The notes beneath the pieces are model-generated. The model was not told the DNA's origin, searched no databases, and saw only the letters and a list, made by a program, of their open reading frames with translations. Position numbers and translations under genes: made by a program. This document shows positions 25,522 to 37,330 of a stretch of 64,000 bases of DNA, one piece after another. Positions within the stretch are counted from its first letter, which is position 1, and each line of letters opens with the position of its first letter. Origin of the DNA: Okamejei kenojei (taxonomy: Eukaryota); assembly GCA_035221665.1 (NCBI GenBank), contig CM069160.1, positions 30,566,001 to 30,630,000 on the forward strand, given 5' to 3'.

Positions 25522-25717
25522 NNNNNNNNNNNNNNNNNNNNNNNNNNNNNNNNNNNNNNNNNNNNNNNNNNNNNNNNNNNNNNNNNNNNNNNNNNNNNNN
25601 NNNNNNNNNNNNNNNNNNNNNNNNNNNNNNNNNNNNNNNNNNNNNNNNNNNNNNNNNNNNNNNNNNNNNNNNNNNNNNNNNNNNNNNNNNNNNNNNNNNN
25701 NNNNNNNNNNNNNNNNN
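25522..25717. other. Assembly gap (196 N)
   Basis: N run. Confidence 1.
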
Positions 25718-26316
25718 GTCCACTGTGAACAATAGAATAGTAAGATTAAACGAGAACTCACCTGTTCGAAGTTTGATCGTTATTTTACGAGGAGTTACGA
25801 TGAGGGATTACGTGAAGAGCCCGCCTCACGCTGGTAACGGCATACTTCAAAGCAACGGCATGAAAAACACAGAACACCAAAGCCGGAGTAACATAGTAAG
25901 GCTCATAAAAAGACTTAGAACCACCATTTGATCATTTATTTTTACGAGGGTGGGAGTGGAGGGCACGTAATCCCTCATCGTAACTCCTCGTAAAATAACG
26001 ATCAAAACTTCGAACAGGTGAGTTCTCGTTTAATCTTACTATTTTACTTCGGAGTCACGTGAGTGACTACGTGAAGAGTTTTAAAAGCTTTCTGTGTTTT
26101 TTATGTCGTAGAATTAATCCGTACGACAGTCCGGCTAAGTAAACACATACATGAGAAAGCAGACAAATGTTAGATCTTTTCACAATTAAATTTTTTAATG
26201 GTTGAAAGACCATATAATACCCTCCTTATATTTGAGGGAAAAATGATTACAAGTGACAAAAGATATCAGTGACTACACAACTGATTATAGCAATTAATAG
26301 CAAACAAAGCAGGTGA

Positions 26317-27290
26317 TTATAGTGCTCCCAACACCGCATGTCCAAAGCTTGTCATAGTGTGAACAGGTTTGTTGTAGAACTTTGAAAAAGTTTCTTCTTT
26401 ACTCCACCCTGCGATTTTTAAAATATGCTCGAGAGGTACGTCCCGCCCCTTCGCCGCGGACGTAGCTGCCGCCCTGGTGGAGTGAGATTTGAAGACATCA
26501 GTGTCTACTCCCGCTAAAACCAACACCTGTTTCAACCATTTTGAGATAGTTTGAACTGAAGCTTTTGTGTGTGGCTTTTTGTGCGTAAGCAGTAATGTCT
26601 TTTTCGTTTCCTCGAAAAGTGTCCGTAACTTTAATATATTGGTTCAAATGTCTAACCACACACAAAGCAGGCTCAATATGAAAAGCTTGAAAGGTTACCT
26701 TTGTTCCAGATCTCCCTGGTCTACTTTGTTTGATCAGATCGTAAACATAGAATACAACGTTATCTGTAGTCACATGCATACAGTCTAAACGCAACATTTG
26801 TAAAGTTTGCACTCTTTGGGCTGAGACCAGTGACATTAACATGACCAATTTCAATGTTAACCTATCCAATGGCAACCCTTCAATTGGAGTCCATTCTCTA
26901 AGTAGAGCAAGTACAATGCTCACATCCCAAATCTCTGTATATCTAGGTTTTGGCGGATTCATGTGAAAAATTCCTTTCATGAATCGTGATATTAATGGAT
27001 GCGACCCAATTGATTTCTCACCAGTCATAAGTCCTAAATAGGACGACAAGGCACTGCGTGCAGTGTTAATGGCACTGTAACTTAAATGTTGCCCAAAGTG
27101 CAAATTGGCAAGGAATTCCAAAAACATGAGTAACATTCACAGAATCATCAGAAATATTTGACTGTGTGCAAAATTCTTCCCATTTCTTAATATGTGTCAT
27201 ATATTGTTTCTGTGTGCTATCTCGCCATGATGCGCCAATAACTGTCAAAGTTTGGTCCGACAATCCCAGTTCCTGTAGTGGTCTGGTCAA
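26317..27290 (-). CDS. DIRS tyrosine recombinase (frameshifted into three ORF pieces)
   Basis: SAQRVQTL, HSTRAAATS and AGWSKEETFSKFY motifs, plus an N-terminal integrase SAM-like region (STQKQYMTHIKKWEEFC). Confidence 0.9.
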
Positions 27291-29200
27291 AACCTGCAGA
27301 TTAACAAATTCATATATGCATATAATGGGTAACCTTCATTTGTTACTGGATTAGTCAAGATATCACTACAGTTAGGAATTTGGATATACGGTTCTTTAAT
27401 CATATTCAGCATAACTGGGAACCAAGGTTGAGTTGGCCAATTTGGCACTACCAACAATCCGGAAGCTGAATCTTGCTCTATTTTCTTCAAGCATCTCTGG
27501 ATCAGAGCAAATGGTGGAAAAGCATAAAAGAACATTTTTCCCCAGTGTAATGAAAATGCATCTACTGCAACTGCGTCCGGATCGTGTTCCCAAGACACAT
27601 AATGAGGCAATTGATGATTAAGCCTGGATGCAAACAAATCAATTTCTGGCAACCCAAATCGTCTAACAATATTCTTAAATATTGCTGGCTTAAGCATCCA
27701 TTCCGTATTATCTTTAAAAAATCCTGGACCTTTCATCTGCTACCACATTGTCTTTACCTGGAATATAGCTTGCTGAAATCCATATCTGCCGACCAATACA
27801 CCATTGCCATATCTCATTGACCAGACAATCACATGATACTGATCTAACTCCCCCCATGTGATTAATGTAAACCACAGCGTTTTATTGTCTAATTGTATTA
27901 ACACATGCAGACCTTGTTTTAGCACAACAATATGCTTTAAGCCCATAAAAGGCCCCCAATAATTCCAAATAGTTAATACCATACTCTTGGAGAAACACTT
28001 GTTCTTCAGTTTTCCATCTACCTCCACAACTGGAGGATAAATCTGTGGCCCCCCATCCGAGAGCACTAGCATCGTTTGTAAAACCATTTCAGGCTGTTTA
28101 ATCATGATCTTCTTAGCAGCTTGTGGGACATTTTCAACCCACCATTGCAATTCCAATACTGCTTTCCTTGTTAATTGCATAGGCCTGTCAAAGTGACCTG
28201 CCTTATCTTTAAGAGCCCTTACTTTGTCCCTTTGAAGATTTTGATAATGTAATGGCCCAAATTCCACTGCCGGAAATGCTGCCACCAGTGTACCAATGAC
28301 TTTTGCCACTTCTCGGATGGAGGGATAAGGTTTGTGAATGAGGTAATTACACATTTGCAAAATATCATTTGTCTTCTTTGCTGGCAAAGTAACTAACATA
28401 GTCACTGAGTTAATTACAAACCCCAGAAAATCAATTGATGAACTGGCTGCAGCTGGGATTTAATTGGATGAATTAAGAATCCAAGCTCTTTAAACAAAGC
28501 TTTAGTAACTGAAATTGAGTGCTCAGCTGACTCTTGACTATCGTTAATAATCAGAATATCATCCAGATAAGCCATTACAATGTGTTTCTGTGCTCTTAAT
28601 TGAGCTAAAACTGGTTTCAACAGTTTTTGTAAAGAGTCTAGGAGCCGAACTTAATCCATTTGGTAAAGCTTTGAACTGCCATAATTGCCCCTGCCAATAA
28701 AACTTTAAGTATCTCCGAAAAAGATGATGAATTGCTAAGAATAATAGGCGTCTTTCAAATCAATCTTAGCCATATAAGAACCTGCTGAAATCAAATATTT
28801 TGCAGTATTGAATGTCTCCATCTTAAAATGTTTGTATTCTACAAACTTATTTAGATCTGTAAGGTCTAGAATAATTCTACAACCACCATCTTTCTTATCT
28901 CTGCGAAAATATATTAGAGACAAATTGATGCTTATGTTCACAAGTTTTTTTTCAATTACCCCTTTTTCGGATAATTTGTCAATTTCCACATTAATCTCCA
29001 TTCTTTCTTCTGGAGAAAACACATAAGCATAAGCAGGTTTATTCTGTACAGGAGGATTGACCCTTCTTTAAAAATAATAATAGCTCCTGAAACTGCTTGT
29101 AATATAAATCGATCAGAAGTAATATTAAGCCAGGCATTATAAAATTTTTGCAATCTCCCTCCAACTGGAGATTCATCCACAGTTTCTTTAAGGATAGAAG
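27287..29200 (-). CDS. DIRS pol: reverse transcriptase, RNase H and Dam-like methyltransferase domain (frameshifted)
   Basis: PVGGRLQKFYNAW, GGCRIILDL..LNKFV, KIDLKDAYY, AYLDDILI, IDLFASRLNHQL, FYAFPPF. Confidence 0.9.
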
Positions 29201-29203
29201 TCT

Positions 29204-30423
29204 TTAATACCTCTCCATAGGAGCGTGATGGTCTCCTCTTTCCCGAATGCAGGGAAGCAGTGGCCTGTGCAGCACGATAATACTTTCGTGACAAATTTCT
29301 GCCTCTATAACGAAAATCAAAACCCCTTCGGGCCGAAAACCCTTTTCTTTGTCCAGAGACAAAAGGCTTAATAGTGCTAAAATATTTAGCTTCTTCATCC
29401 AACTGTTTCAGTTGTTTCGGCAGATTTTCTCCAAACAAATACCCAGGAGCTTGAACTCCACTTTCTTGACACAGGCTTGCATATCTAGGGTGAAATATGG
29501 GCCGAATCGCCATTTTCCTCATGCAATTTGATCTCATAAAAACGAATTGCACAATAAGCCCAAAGTATCTTTTTGAATCTTGTCCATTTCCAGATTCTCC
29601 ATTTGCCTGCCAAATGCCGTGATGGCAGCCGAAAATAATTTTAGCACCTTTTGAAATTTCACTTCTTGGGCTCTCATACTTGGAGTCATAGACGCCCATA
29701 CCATCGGATTCACCGTAGGCACTTCCAATGAGGCACAATTGCCTGGTGCTTTATATAATTCTGATAATTCATTCATCACAGTATTATGAAGCTGGTGAGA
29801 TACCATATAATTTATATTGGCAGCTAGGCTTTCTTCCATAGCCTCACCACTTCCTTCGGGTATAGCAAAAAACTTGTGCTATCCCAGGCAGATCAAGCCT
29901 TTTCTTTTTACTTTGTGGCGTGCTTTCAAAAGCCATTTCAACTTCAGCAGGGTCTGCTTTCTGCAGCCCTAATTTCCATCGGGATATTATCCCATGAGAC
30001 TTCTTCCAGCCCAAATCGTGGGTCTGGAGTATCATATTCCCAACTTGGCCCACAGCCATATTCATCATAATCAAACCCCTCAGGGATTTTTTGGGATTCA
30101 TGTGGGTACTGTGACCCTTGTCTCATAATAGTTTGGAGAACTTTCTCCATATGCTCCATTTTTAGCCACATAGTTTTATTGTCTGGAGGTCTTTCAAAAT
30201 CAGAATCATCAGAAACCACGGGCCTCACAGTTTTCTTTTTGCATTTCTTAGGAGCATTTTCCTCCGTGGTTATAATTTCCGGAGAATCTGGAAATTCTAT
30301 ATCGGGTAAATTAGTGGCCAGCGGTATCGGAACCGGGTCCACTCTAGCTTCGCGTCCCGTATATTTACTTTCACCCCGGGAGGCTCTCTTCACCCGCGAA
30401 ACCTTCTTTCCCGATTTCTCCAT
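29204..30423 (-). CDS. DIRS gag-like ORF1 (frameshifted)
   Basis: Position upstream of pol; PGNC..LEVPTVNP..W and YLFGENL segments typical of DIRS gag. Confidence 0.7.
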
Positions 30424-30702
30424 TTTTGTAAAAATTTATCTGTGCTCAATCAGCACGTTAACGTCTAAATTTTTACTTTTAGTTTCGATGCTGGAGCCAT
30501 CCAGCGTAACTTCAAAACCGCCCCGATGTAACTTCACTTACCTGCGGGCCGTTCCGACCGCTGCGAGGAGCTGCTCCTTACTGCAGCTCCTCCTTTCGCC
30601 GTCAGCGTCGACGTCATGCCGTTACCAGCGTGAGGCGGGCTCTTCACGTAGTCACTCACGTGACTCCGAAGTAAAATACAAATAACAATATGACAGTTCA
30701 GT

Positions 30703-30744
30703 GTGTGTATATATACACATACTCACAAATACACATATATATAG

Positions 30745-30781
<37 letters not shown>

Positions 30782-30810
30782 ACACACTCACGCACACATA
30801 TGTACACGCA
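30703..30810. repeat. (TA)n/(CA)n microsatellite
   Basis: Seen directly. Confidence 0.9.
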
Positions 30811-31046
30811 AATAAAATACAATAGAGCAATAATAACAATAATAGTCGAAGGTCAAGTCATTGGATATTTATAAGGCAGAGATTGCCAGATTCTTGATTA
30901 GTAAGAGTGCCAGGCGTTATGCGGAGAAGGCAGGAGAATGGAGTTGAGAGGGAGCGATAGATCAGCCGTGATTGAATGGCGGAGTAGACTTGATGGGCCA
31001 GGTGGCTTAATTCTGCTCCTATAAGTTATGAATTTATTAATCCTCA

Positions 31047-31630
31047 AGTCAAGCCAAGTCCACTTTATTTGTCACATTCACATACAAGATGTACAGGGAA
31101 AGTGGCAATGCCTGCGGGATTGTGTAAAAACTACAGAACAGAACAGAATGAGTATTGACATTAAAAAAATAAGACGCAATAGTATTTACTCCTTGGTGAG
31201 ATCAGAGTTTACAGTCCTGATGGCCTGTGGGAAGAAACTCCGTCTCATCCTCTCTGTTTTCACAGCGTGACAGCGGAGGTGTTTGCCTGACCGTAGCAGC
31301 TGGAACAGTCCGTTGCTGGGGGGGGGGGGTAGGGGTCCCCCATAATGTTGCTGGCTGTGGATCTGCACCTCCTGGTGTATAGGTCCTGCAGGGGTGTGAG
31401 TGTAGTTCCCATAGTGTGTTCGGCCGAACGCACTACTCTCTGCAGAGCCTTCCTGTCCTGGGCAGAGCAGTTCCCAAACCAGATTGTGATGTTGCCGGAC
31501 AAGATGCTTTCTACAGCCCCAGAGTAGAAGGACTGAAGGATCCTAAGAGAGACTCTGAATTTCCTCAGCTGCCTGAGGTGGTAAAGGCGCTGCCTTGCCT
31601 TACTCACCAGTATGGCAGCGTGTGATGTCC
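31047..31630 (-). mobile_element. Rex1/Babar-type LINE 3' fragment
   Basis: KARQRLYHLRQLRKF..AVESILSGNITIWFGNC..LQRVVRSAE, RMRRSFFPQAIR; caagt-repeat tail. Confidence 0.85.
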
Positions 31631-31646
31631 CTGTCACTCTGAGTAG

Positions 31647-31928
31647 GTTTTGAACTCCAGCCCCGGATCCGCCTGGAAAAAAGCACCGAGCAAGAATTGC
31701 ACGAGGTGTGCACGTCCGATGGATGGTTTCCCCAGACGGGGATATGGTGGCAGGATGGGAGTGGACAGGATGTGATCGTGCGGTCTGAAACTCGGTTCAT
31801 CGAGGACTTCAGCGGGCTGATCACTGTCCACAGTCACATCGATGTCAGGAGCGATTCCGTGAACAGGTATTCCTGTTTCGTGGGAAGTCGCTCATGGTGG
31901 ACAAAAGAGGCCCATCTTCAGATATCAG
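31647..31928 (+). CDS. Butyrophilin/B7-like gene 1, IgC exon 1
   Basis: 282-nt open phase 1-1 exon (gagtag| ... TCA G|gtacgt): GFELQPRIRLE..VCTSDGWFPQTGIWW..GLITVHSHIDV..YSCFV..LQIS, a BTN/CD80-type C domain. Confidence 0.9.
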
Positions 31929-31948
31929 GTACGTCAGTGACTGGAAAT

Positions 31949-33496
31949 CAGGCACGTGCCGTGAGTAATTACTCGGGTAGGCAGTCAGTCGGCTTTTTAA
32001 AAATCTTAAACCGCGCATGCGCAGATTGTTCTCTTCGTAAAAAATAAAAAATAAGTAACAATTCAATTTTACCAAGGCTTCTCAATCTCCTTCATTTTCT
32101 AATCACTGAATGGGTGGGGGACGGAGGATGAAGGCAGGTGGAGAGATGGTGGGAAAAACGGGAGCACACCGGGACGTTGAATCAGTTGTCATCTTATTGA
32201 ATGACAATACTAATTCAAGGGTCCATTTGGAGGGAGAGTTCTTCACAGCGCGTGGAGAGTCTGTGCCAGGGGTTAAAGATGCGGGGAGGGCAGGAGTGTT
32301 GAAAAGGAGGGAAGTCAGAGATCATGTCAGACTCACTCACCGCTGCCGCAGCGCTCCGGGCACGGACAGCAGAACTGGCCGCCACTTCCGGGGATAGAAG
32401 CAGCTCGGGTGTGCGCGGCCGCCGGGACCCGACAACAGAACCGGCTGCCACTTCAGCACCTTCTGCCGGCCCGCTCACCTCTGGCAGTTCTGTCCGTCTG
32501 AACATCTCTCACCTGCCGCTCGCCGGCTTCGCTCATGTCAACCGCATCCCGCAAATCCTTAAATTCCCACAGCTGAGTAACCTCAACTGGTCCCGTGAAC
32601 CCGCTATCGGAATTTAAAGATTTGCGGGATGCCGGCCGGCGAGCGGCAGGTGAGAGATGTTCAGACGGAGAGCACAGCCAGAGGAGACGGGGACTTGCAG
32701 ACGGGGCTGAAGTGGCTGAAATGGCAGGGTCCCGGCGGCCGCTCAAAGTCAGTCACCCGAGCTGCTTCCTTCCTCAGAAGTGGCGGCCAGTTGTGCTGTC
32801 CGTGCCCGGAGCGCTGCGGCAGCTGCCCAAGCTAATTCACTCCCCGGCCACAATAAAACCATATAGCAATTACAGCACGGAAACAGGCCATCTCCGCCCT
32901 TTTACTCCATGTCACACACTTACTCTCACCTAGTCCCATCTACCTGCATTCAGACCGGAGCGTGGCAAGGTTACTGACCCCGAACCTCTCCTTCACAACG
33001 CCAGACTCCCCAAACACTGTGAACGGAGCTCTCCCCCCCCCCCCCCCACCCCGGGAAATACAGCATTTATAAAAATTAAGCATCAAGAAATGCACGTTAT
33101 TGGTACATTAAGTCCATTCTTCACTTTTTGTTTCCTGAGAAACTATTAAAATAATGGCAATCCATATTCGAAAATCCCGCCAAGAAACTCGCGCTGGGCA
33201 TGCGCAGTATACTGCTGCGCCTGCGCAGTGCTGCAAAGGCAGAATTTCTGCTGCCTTCAGCTCCCCTTGAAACTGACGGCTAAGGCAGTGCTGACGGCCC
33301 GTGGGCTGCACAGAGCTTCCCGTGTTACAAGCGCTGAGGACGAAAGGCACGGAAAATTATACCTACCTAAGAGATCCATCTCTTAGATAGGCATAATTCT
33401 CCCATGCCTTTACTATTTATATTTAATAATTGCCATTTCATAATCTTAATCAGGGTAGGCAGTGTCTACCTTGCCTACCCTGACGGCACGTGCCTG
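31949..33496. mobile_element. Non-autonomous hAT-type DNA transposon
   Basis: 14-bp terminal inverted repeat CAGGCACGTGCCGT/ACGGCACGTGCCTG with 8-bp TSD CTGGAAAT (31941-31948, 33497-33504); absent from the paralogous intron after 36698. Confidence 0.9.
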
Positions 33497-33555
33497 CTGG
33501 AAATCATTCCACCTTCGGTTGACACAGAATCGCAACACAGAGCAACTGCCTCTCG

Positions 33556-33850
33556 AGGGTAGACAAAAATGCTGGAGAAACTCAGCGGGTGAGGCAGCAT
33601 CTATGGAGGGAAAGGAAATAGGCGGCGTTTCGGGTCAAGACCCTTCTTCAGACTGATGTGAGGGTGGGGGGCGGGAAGAAGAAAGGAAAAGGCGGAGACA
33701 GTGGGCTGACTGAGAGCTGGGAAGGGGAGGAGAAAGCAGGGACTACCTGAAATTGGAGAAATCAATGTTCATACTGCTGGGGTGCAAACTGCTCAAGTGA
33801 AATATGAGGTGCTGCTCCTCAGTATAACTCAGTAAAACTGCCTCTCGAGT
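33556..33850 (-). mobile_element. Penelope 3' remnant
   Basis: Reverse complement of EEQHLIF-like coding sequence plus the hammerhead-bearing terminal repeat. Confidence 0.75.
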
Positions 33851-34895
33851 ATAATTACCTTAATTTAAATCCTAATCTCAGATACGATACGATAGAACTT
33901 TATTTACCTCAGGAGGGGAATTGATCTGTCAACAGTTCTATAAGCACAAAATATATTAAACATGAAAATAGACAATAGGTGCAGGAGTGGCCATTCGGCC
34001 CTTCGAGCAAACACCGCCATTCAATGTGATCATGGCTGATCATCCCCAATCAGTACCCCGTACCTGCCTTCTCCCCATATCCCCTGACTCTGCTATCTCT
34101 AAGAGCCCTATCTAGCTCTCTCTTGAAAGTATCCAGAGAACCGGCCTCCACCACCTCTGAGGCAGAGAATTCCACAGACTCACAAACTCTCTGTGTGAAA
34201 AAATGTTTCCTCGTCTCCGTTCTAAATGGCTTACCCCTTATTCTGAAACTGGCCCCTGGTTCTGGACTCCCCCAACATCGGGAAATAAAGTGACGAGTGG
34301 AAAGGATTGGGGATGTGCAAAGATTGGTGAGGTGTGGGGGGGAGGGGGGAGGGGGAGGAGAGGGGGGGAGGGGGGGAGGGGTGGGGAGAGAGGAGTCAGT
34401 CTCAGTCTACCCCACGACAGAAGGGGGAGGAGTTGTGCACAGAAGCATAGATAATAGGTGCAGGAGTAATATGATCATGGCTGATCATCTAAAATCAATA
34501 CCCCCTTCCTGCTTTTCCCCCCATATCCCTTGATTCCTTATCCCTTGATGAATCAAGGATTCTTTGAGGAATCAAGGGCTAGGCCCCTATAGGCAGCACC
34601 CATAGTCAGGATCGAACCCGGGTCTCTGGTGCTGTGAGTCAGAAACTCTAAGGCTGGCCACCGTGCCCGCTGCTGAGTCCTCCGCTTAATACGGAGGATA
34701 GGCACAAATGGTGGAGTAACTCAGCGGGACAGGCAGCATCTCTGGAGGATAGGAATGATTGACGTTTCGGGTCGAGAGCCTTCTTCAGGCTCCTTTTCCC
34801 CCAGACCCGTTTGGTCACTACAGTGTTTTGTGTCTATCTTCGGTGTAAGCCAGATCTTTCCTTCACTCTTTGTTTAATATGTTGCCTTTCTCCAG

Positions 34896-35238
34896 AGAAT
34901 CCCGATGTTATTTCGTCAAGAAGTTTTGTCACCAGCGTAGTGGGGTGGTGATATCCTCCTGGAGTGCAGGTTGAGGCCAGTTACAGCCCTGAAGGAATTG
35001 GAGGTGAGATGGTTTACATCAGGGTCGCTGGTACATTTATACACCGGCGGGCAGGATCGACTGGACGCGCAGGACGAGGCTTATCGAGGGAGGACAGAAC
35101 TCTTTCAGGAAGAGTTTCACCGCGGAAATGCCTCACTTAAACTGAAGTGGATTAAATTCTCAGACATTGGCATCTACACCTGCTCCACCAAGACCAAAAC
35201 CTCCCACCTGCAGATGGCACTGTATCTGGATGTTGAAA
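34896..35238 (+). CDS. Butyrophilin/B7-like gene 1, IgV exon 2 (one extra G at 34942-34945)
   Basis: Paralogue of exon 22910-23251. It is 343 nt (342+1); removing one G from the GGGG run restores ENPDVISSRSFVTSVVGGDILLECRLRPVTALKELEVRWF...DIGIYTC. Splice sites intact. Confidence 0.88.
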
Positions 35239-35364
35239 GTAAGTCCCACCTGTGGAAAACCTTTTTGGGCCCCATAGGGTCGCCAACTGTCCCGGTTTAG
35301 TCGGGACATCCCATATATTGGGCTAAATTGGTTTGTCCCGTACGGGACCGCCCTTGTCCTGTAC

Positions 35365-35700
35365 GTGACTGCTATCGTTTCGCCGAACACCTCCGCTCGG
35401 TCTGCAATAACCAATCCGACCTCCCGGTGGCTCAGCACTTCAACTCCCCCTCCCCATTCAGCATCCGACCTCTCTGTCCTGGGCCTCCTCCACGGCCAGA
35501 GTGAGCAGCACCGCAAATTGGAGGAACAGCACCTCATATTCCGCTTGGGGAGTCTGCATCCTCTTGGAGAGAACATTGAATTCTCTCAATTCTGTTGATC
35601 CTTGCTGTCTTGTGCACTTCCAAACCTCTCCCTCAGCCCTCGGGCTCCTCCTCCTCCTTTTTCCTTTCTCCCCCCCCCCCCCCCGCCTACCCCATCAGTC
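35365..35700 (+). mobile_element. Penelope GIY-YIG C-terminal remnant nested in a MITE
   Basis: Near-identical to the 8426-8673 region: QHRKLEEQHLIFRLGSLHP. Confidence 0.85.
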
Positions 35701-36413
35701 CAAACCTCCCCTGCAGTCCAGCACAGGGCCAACTCATCATTCACTCAGCCATGGCCGAGTCGGTCAACGAATTGCCGTCAGGAATTTGTCCCGTATTTTG
35801 ACCTTTTGTCCCTTATTTGGGAGTGAGAAAGTTGTCAACCCTACATCAAACGCTCATTGTATGTTAACCCAATCATTTCCGGAGATCATTCTCATAAACG
35901 TGCTTAATTCTGCTCCTATAAATTATGAATTTGTTAATCCTCAGGAGATTTTGTGTCTCTGTTGCTGTGTTTCTGTGTCGGTATCTTTGTGTCTTTTTGT
36001 CTCTCTGCCTCAGTCTTTAGTTTAGTTTTAGAGACACAGCGCGGAAACAGGCCCTTCGGCCCACCGGGTCCATGCCGACCAGCGATCCCAGCACACTAAC
36101 TCCATCCTACACCCACTAGGGACATTTTTTTAACATTTACCAAGCCACCTAACCTCTTTGGAGTGTGGGAGGAAATGGAAGATCTCAGAGAAAACCCACG
36201 CTAGTCATGGGGAGTACGTACAAACTCCATACAGACAGCACCCATAGTCAGGATCGAACCCGGGTCTCCGCCATTGCATTCGCTGTAAGGCAGCAACTCT
36301 ACCACTGCGCCACCGTGGTCGCCCTGCCTCTGTCTCTGTTTCTCTGCCTCTATGACCCGATGAATCCATGTCTCTACGTGTCTCTGACCTCATCTCCCTG
36401 TGACTCTGAGTAG

Positions 36414-36698
36414 GTTTTGGACTCCAGCCCTTGATCCGCTTGGAAGAACGCACCGAGCAAGGAGTGGTTGTTGTGTGCACGTCCGATGGGTGGTTTCCCG
36501 AGCCGGAGTTATGGTGGCTGGATGGGAGTAGACGGGATGTGACTGCGCGGTCTGACACTTGGTTCACCGAGGACTCCAGCGGGCTGATCACTGTCCACAG
36601 CTATCTCTTTGTCAGGGGCGATGCCGTGAACAGGTATTCCTGTTTCATGCAAAGTCACTTACTGAGGCAAACACGAAAGGCTCACCTTCAGATATCAG
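36414..36698 (+). CDS. Butyrophilin/B7-like gene 1, IgC exon 2
   Basis: 285-nt open phase 1-1 exon: FGLQPLIRLEE..VVCTSDGWFPEPELWW..YSCFMQS..LQIS; paralogue of 31647-31928. Confidence 0.9.
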
Positions 36699-37330
36699 GT
36701 AGGTCAGAGATCTTTCCACCTTCGGTTGACACAGAGTCGCAGCAACAGAGCAACTGCCTCCCGAGTATAACTGGATAGCAGTAACAGTGTCGGCCCGAGT
36801 CAGCTTCGATTTACGTAGGAAATTCATGCTTGACTTATCTTCTGGAATTTTTTGAGGATGTAACTAGGAAAACAGACAAGTGGAGAGCCAGTGTACCTGG
36901 ACTTTGAGAAAGCCTTTGATAAGGTCCCACATAGGAGATTAATGGGCATTTACTGATTACCAAGCCAATTAACCTACAAACCTGTACCTCTTTAGAGTGT
37001 GGGAGGAAACCAAAGATCTCGGAGAAAACCCACGCAGGTCGCGGTGAGAACGTGCAAACTCCGTACAGACAGCATCAGAAAATTGTCTATTGTCTATTCT
37101 CACCGAGAGTTGGGATGGAACCCGGGCCTCCGGCGCTGCATTCGTGTAAGGCAGCAACTCTACCGCTTGGTATCCTGAATATTTTTTGATCTGCATTCTT
37201 TTTTGCGTCTTTGACATACAGAATATTTTGAAGTAATTTGGAGGCACAGCATGGAAACAGGCCCATCGGCCCACTGAATCCATGCCAACCATCAGCAACC
37301 CATTCACACTAATTCTGTTATCACACTTGA

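Larger units (their letters stand above)
25736..30678 (-). mobile_element. Full-length DIRS1-like tyrosine-recombinase retrotransposon
   Basis: Minus-strand gag-like, RT (DLKDAYY, YLDD), RNase H, Dam-like methyltransferase and YR ORF segments. Inverted repeats at 25809-25843 / 30616-30650; internal complementary region about 25964-26079. Confidence 0.95.
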
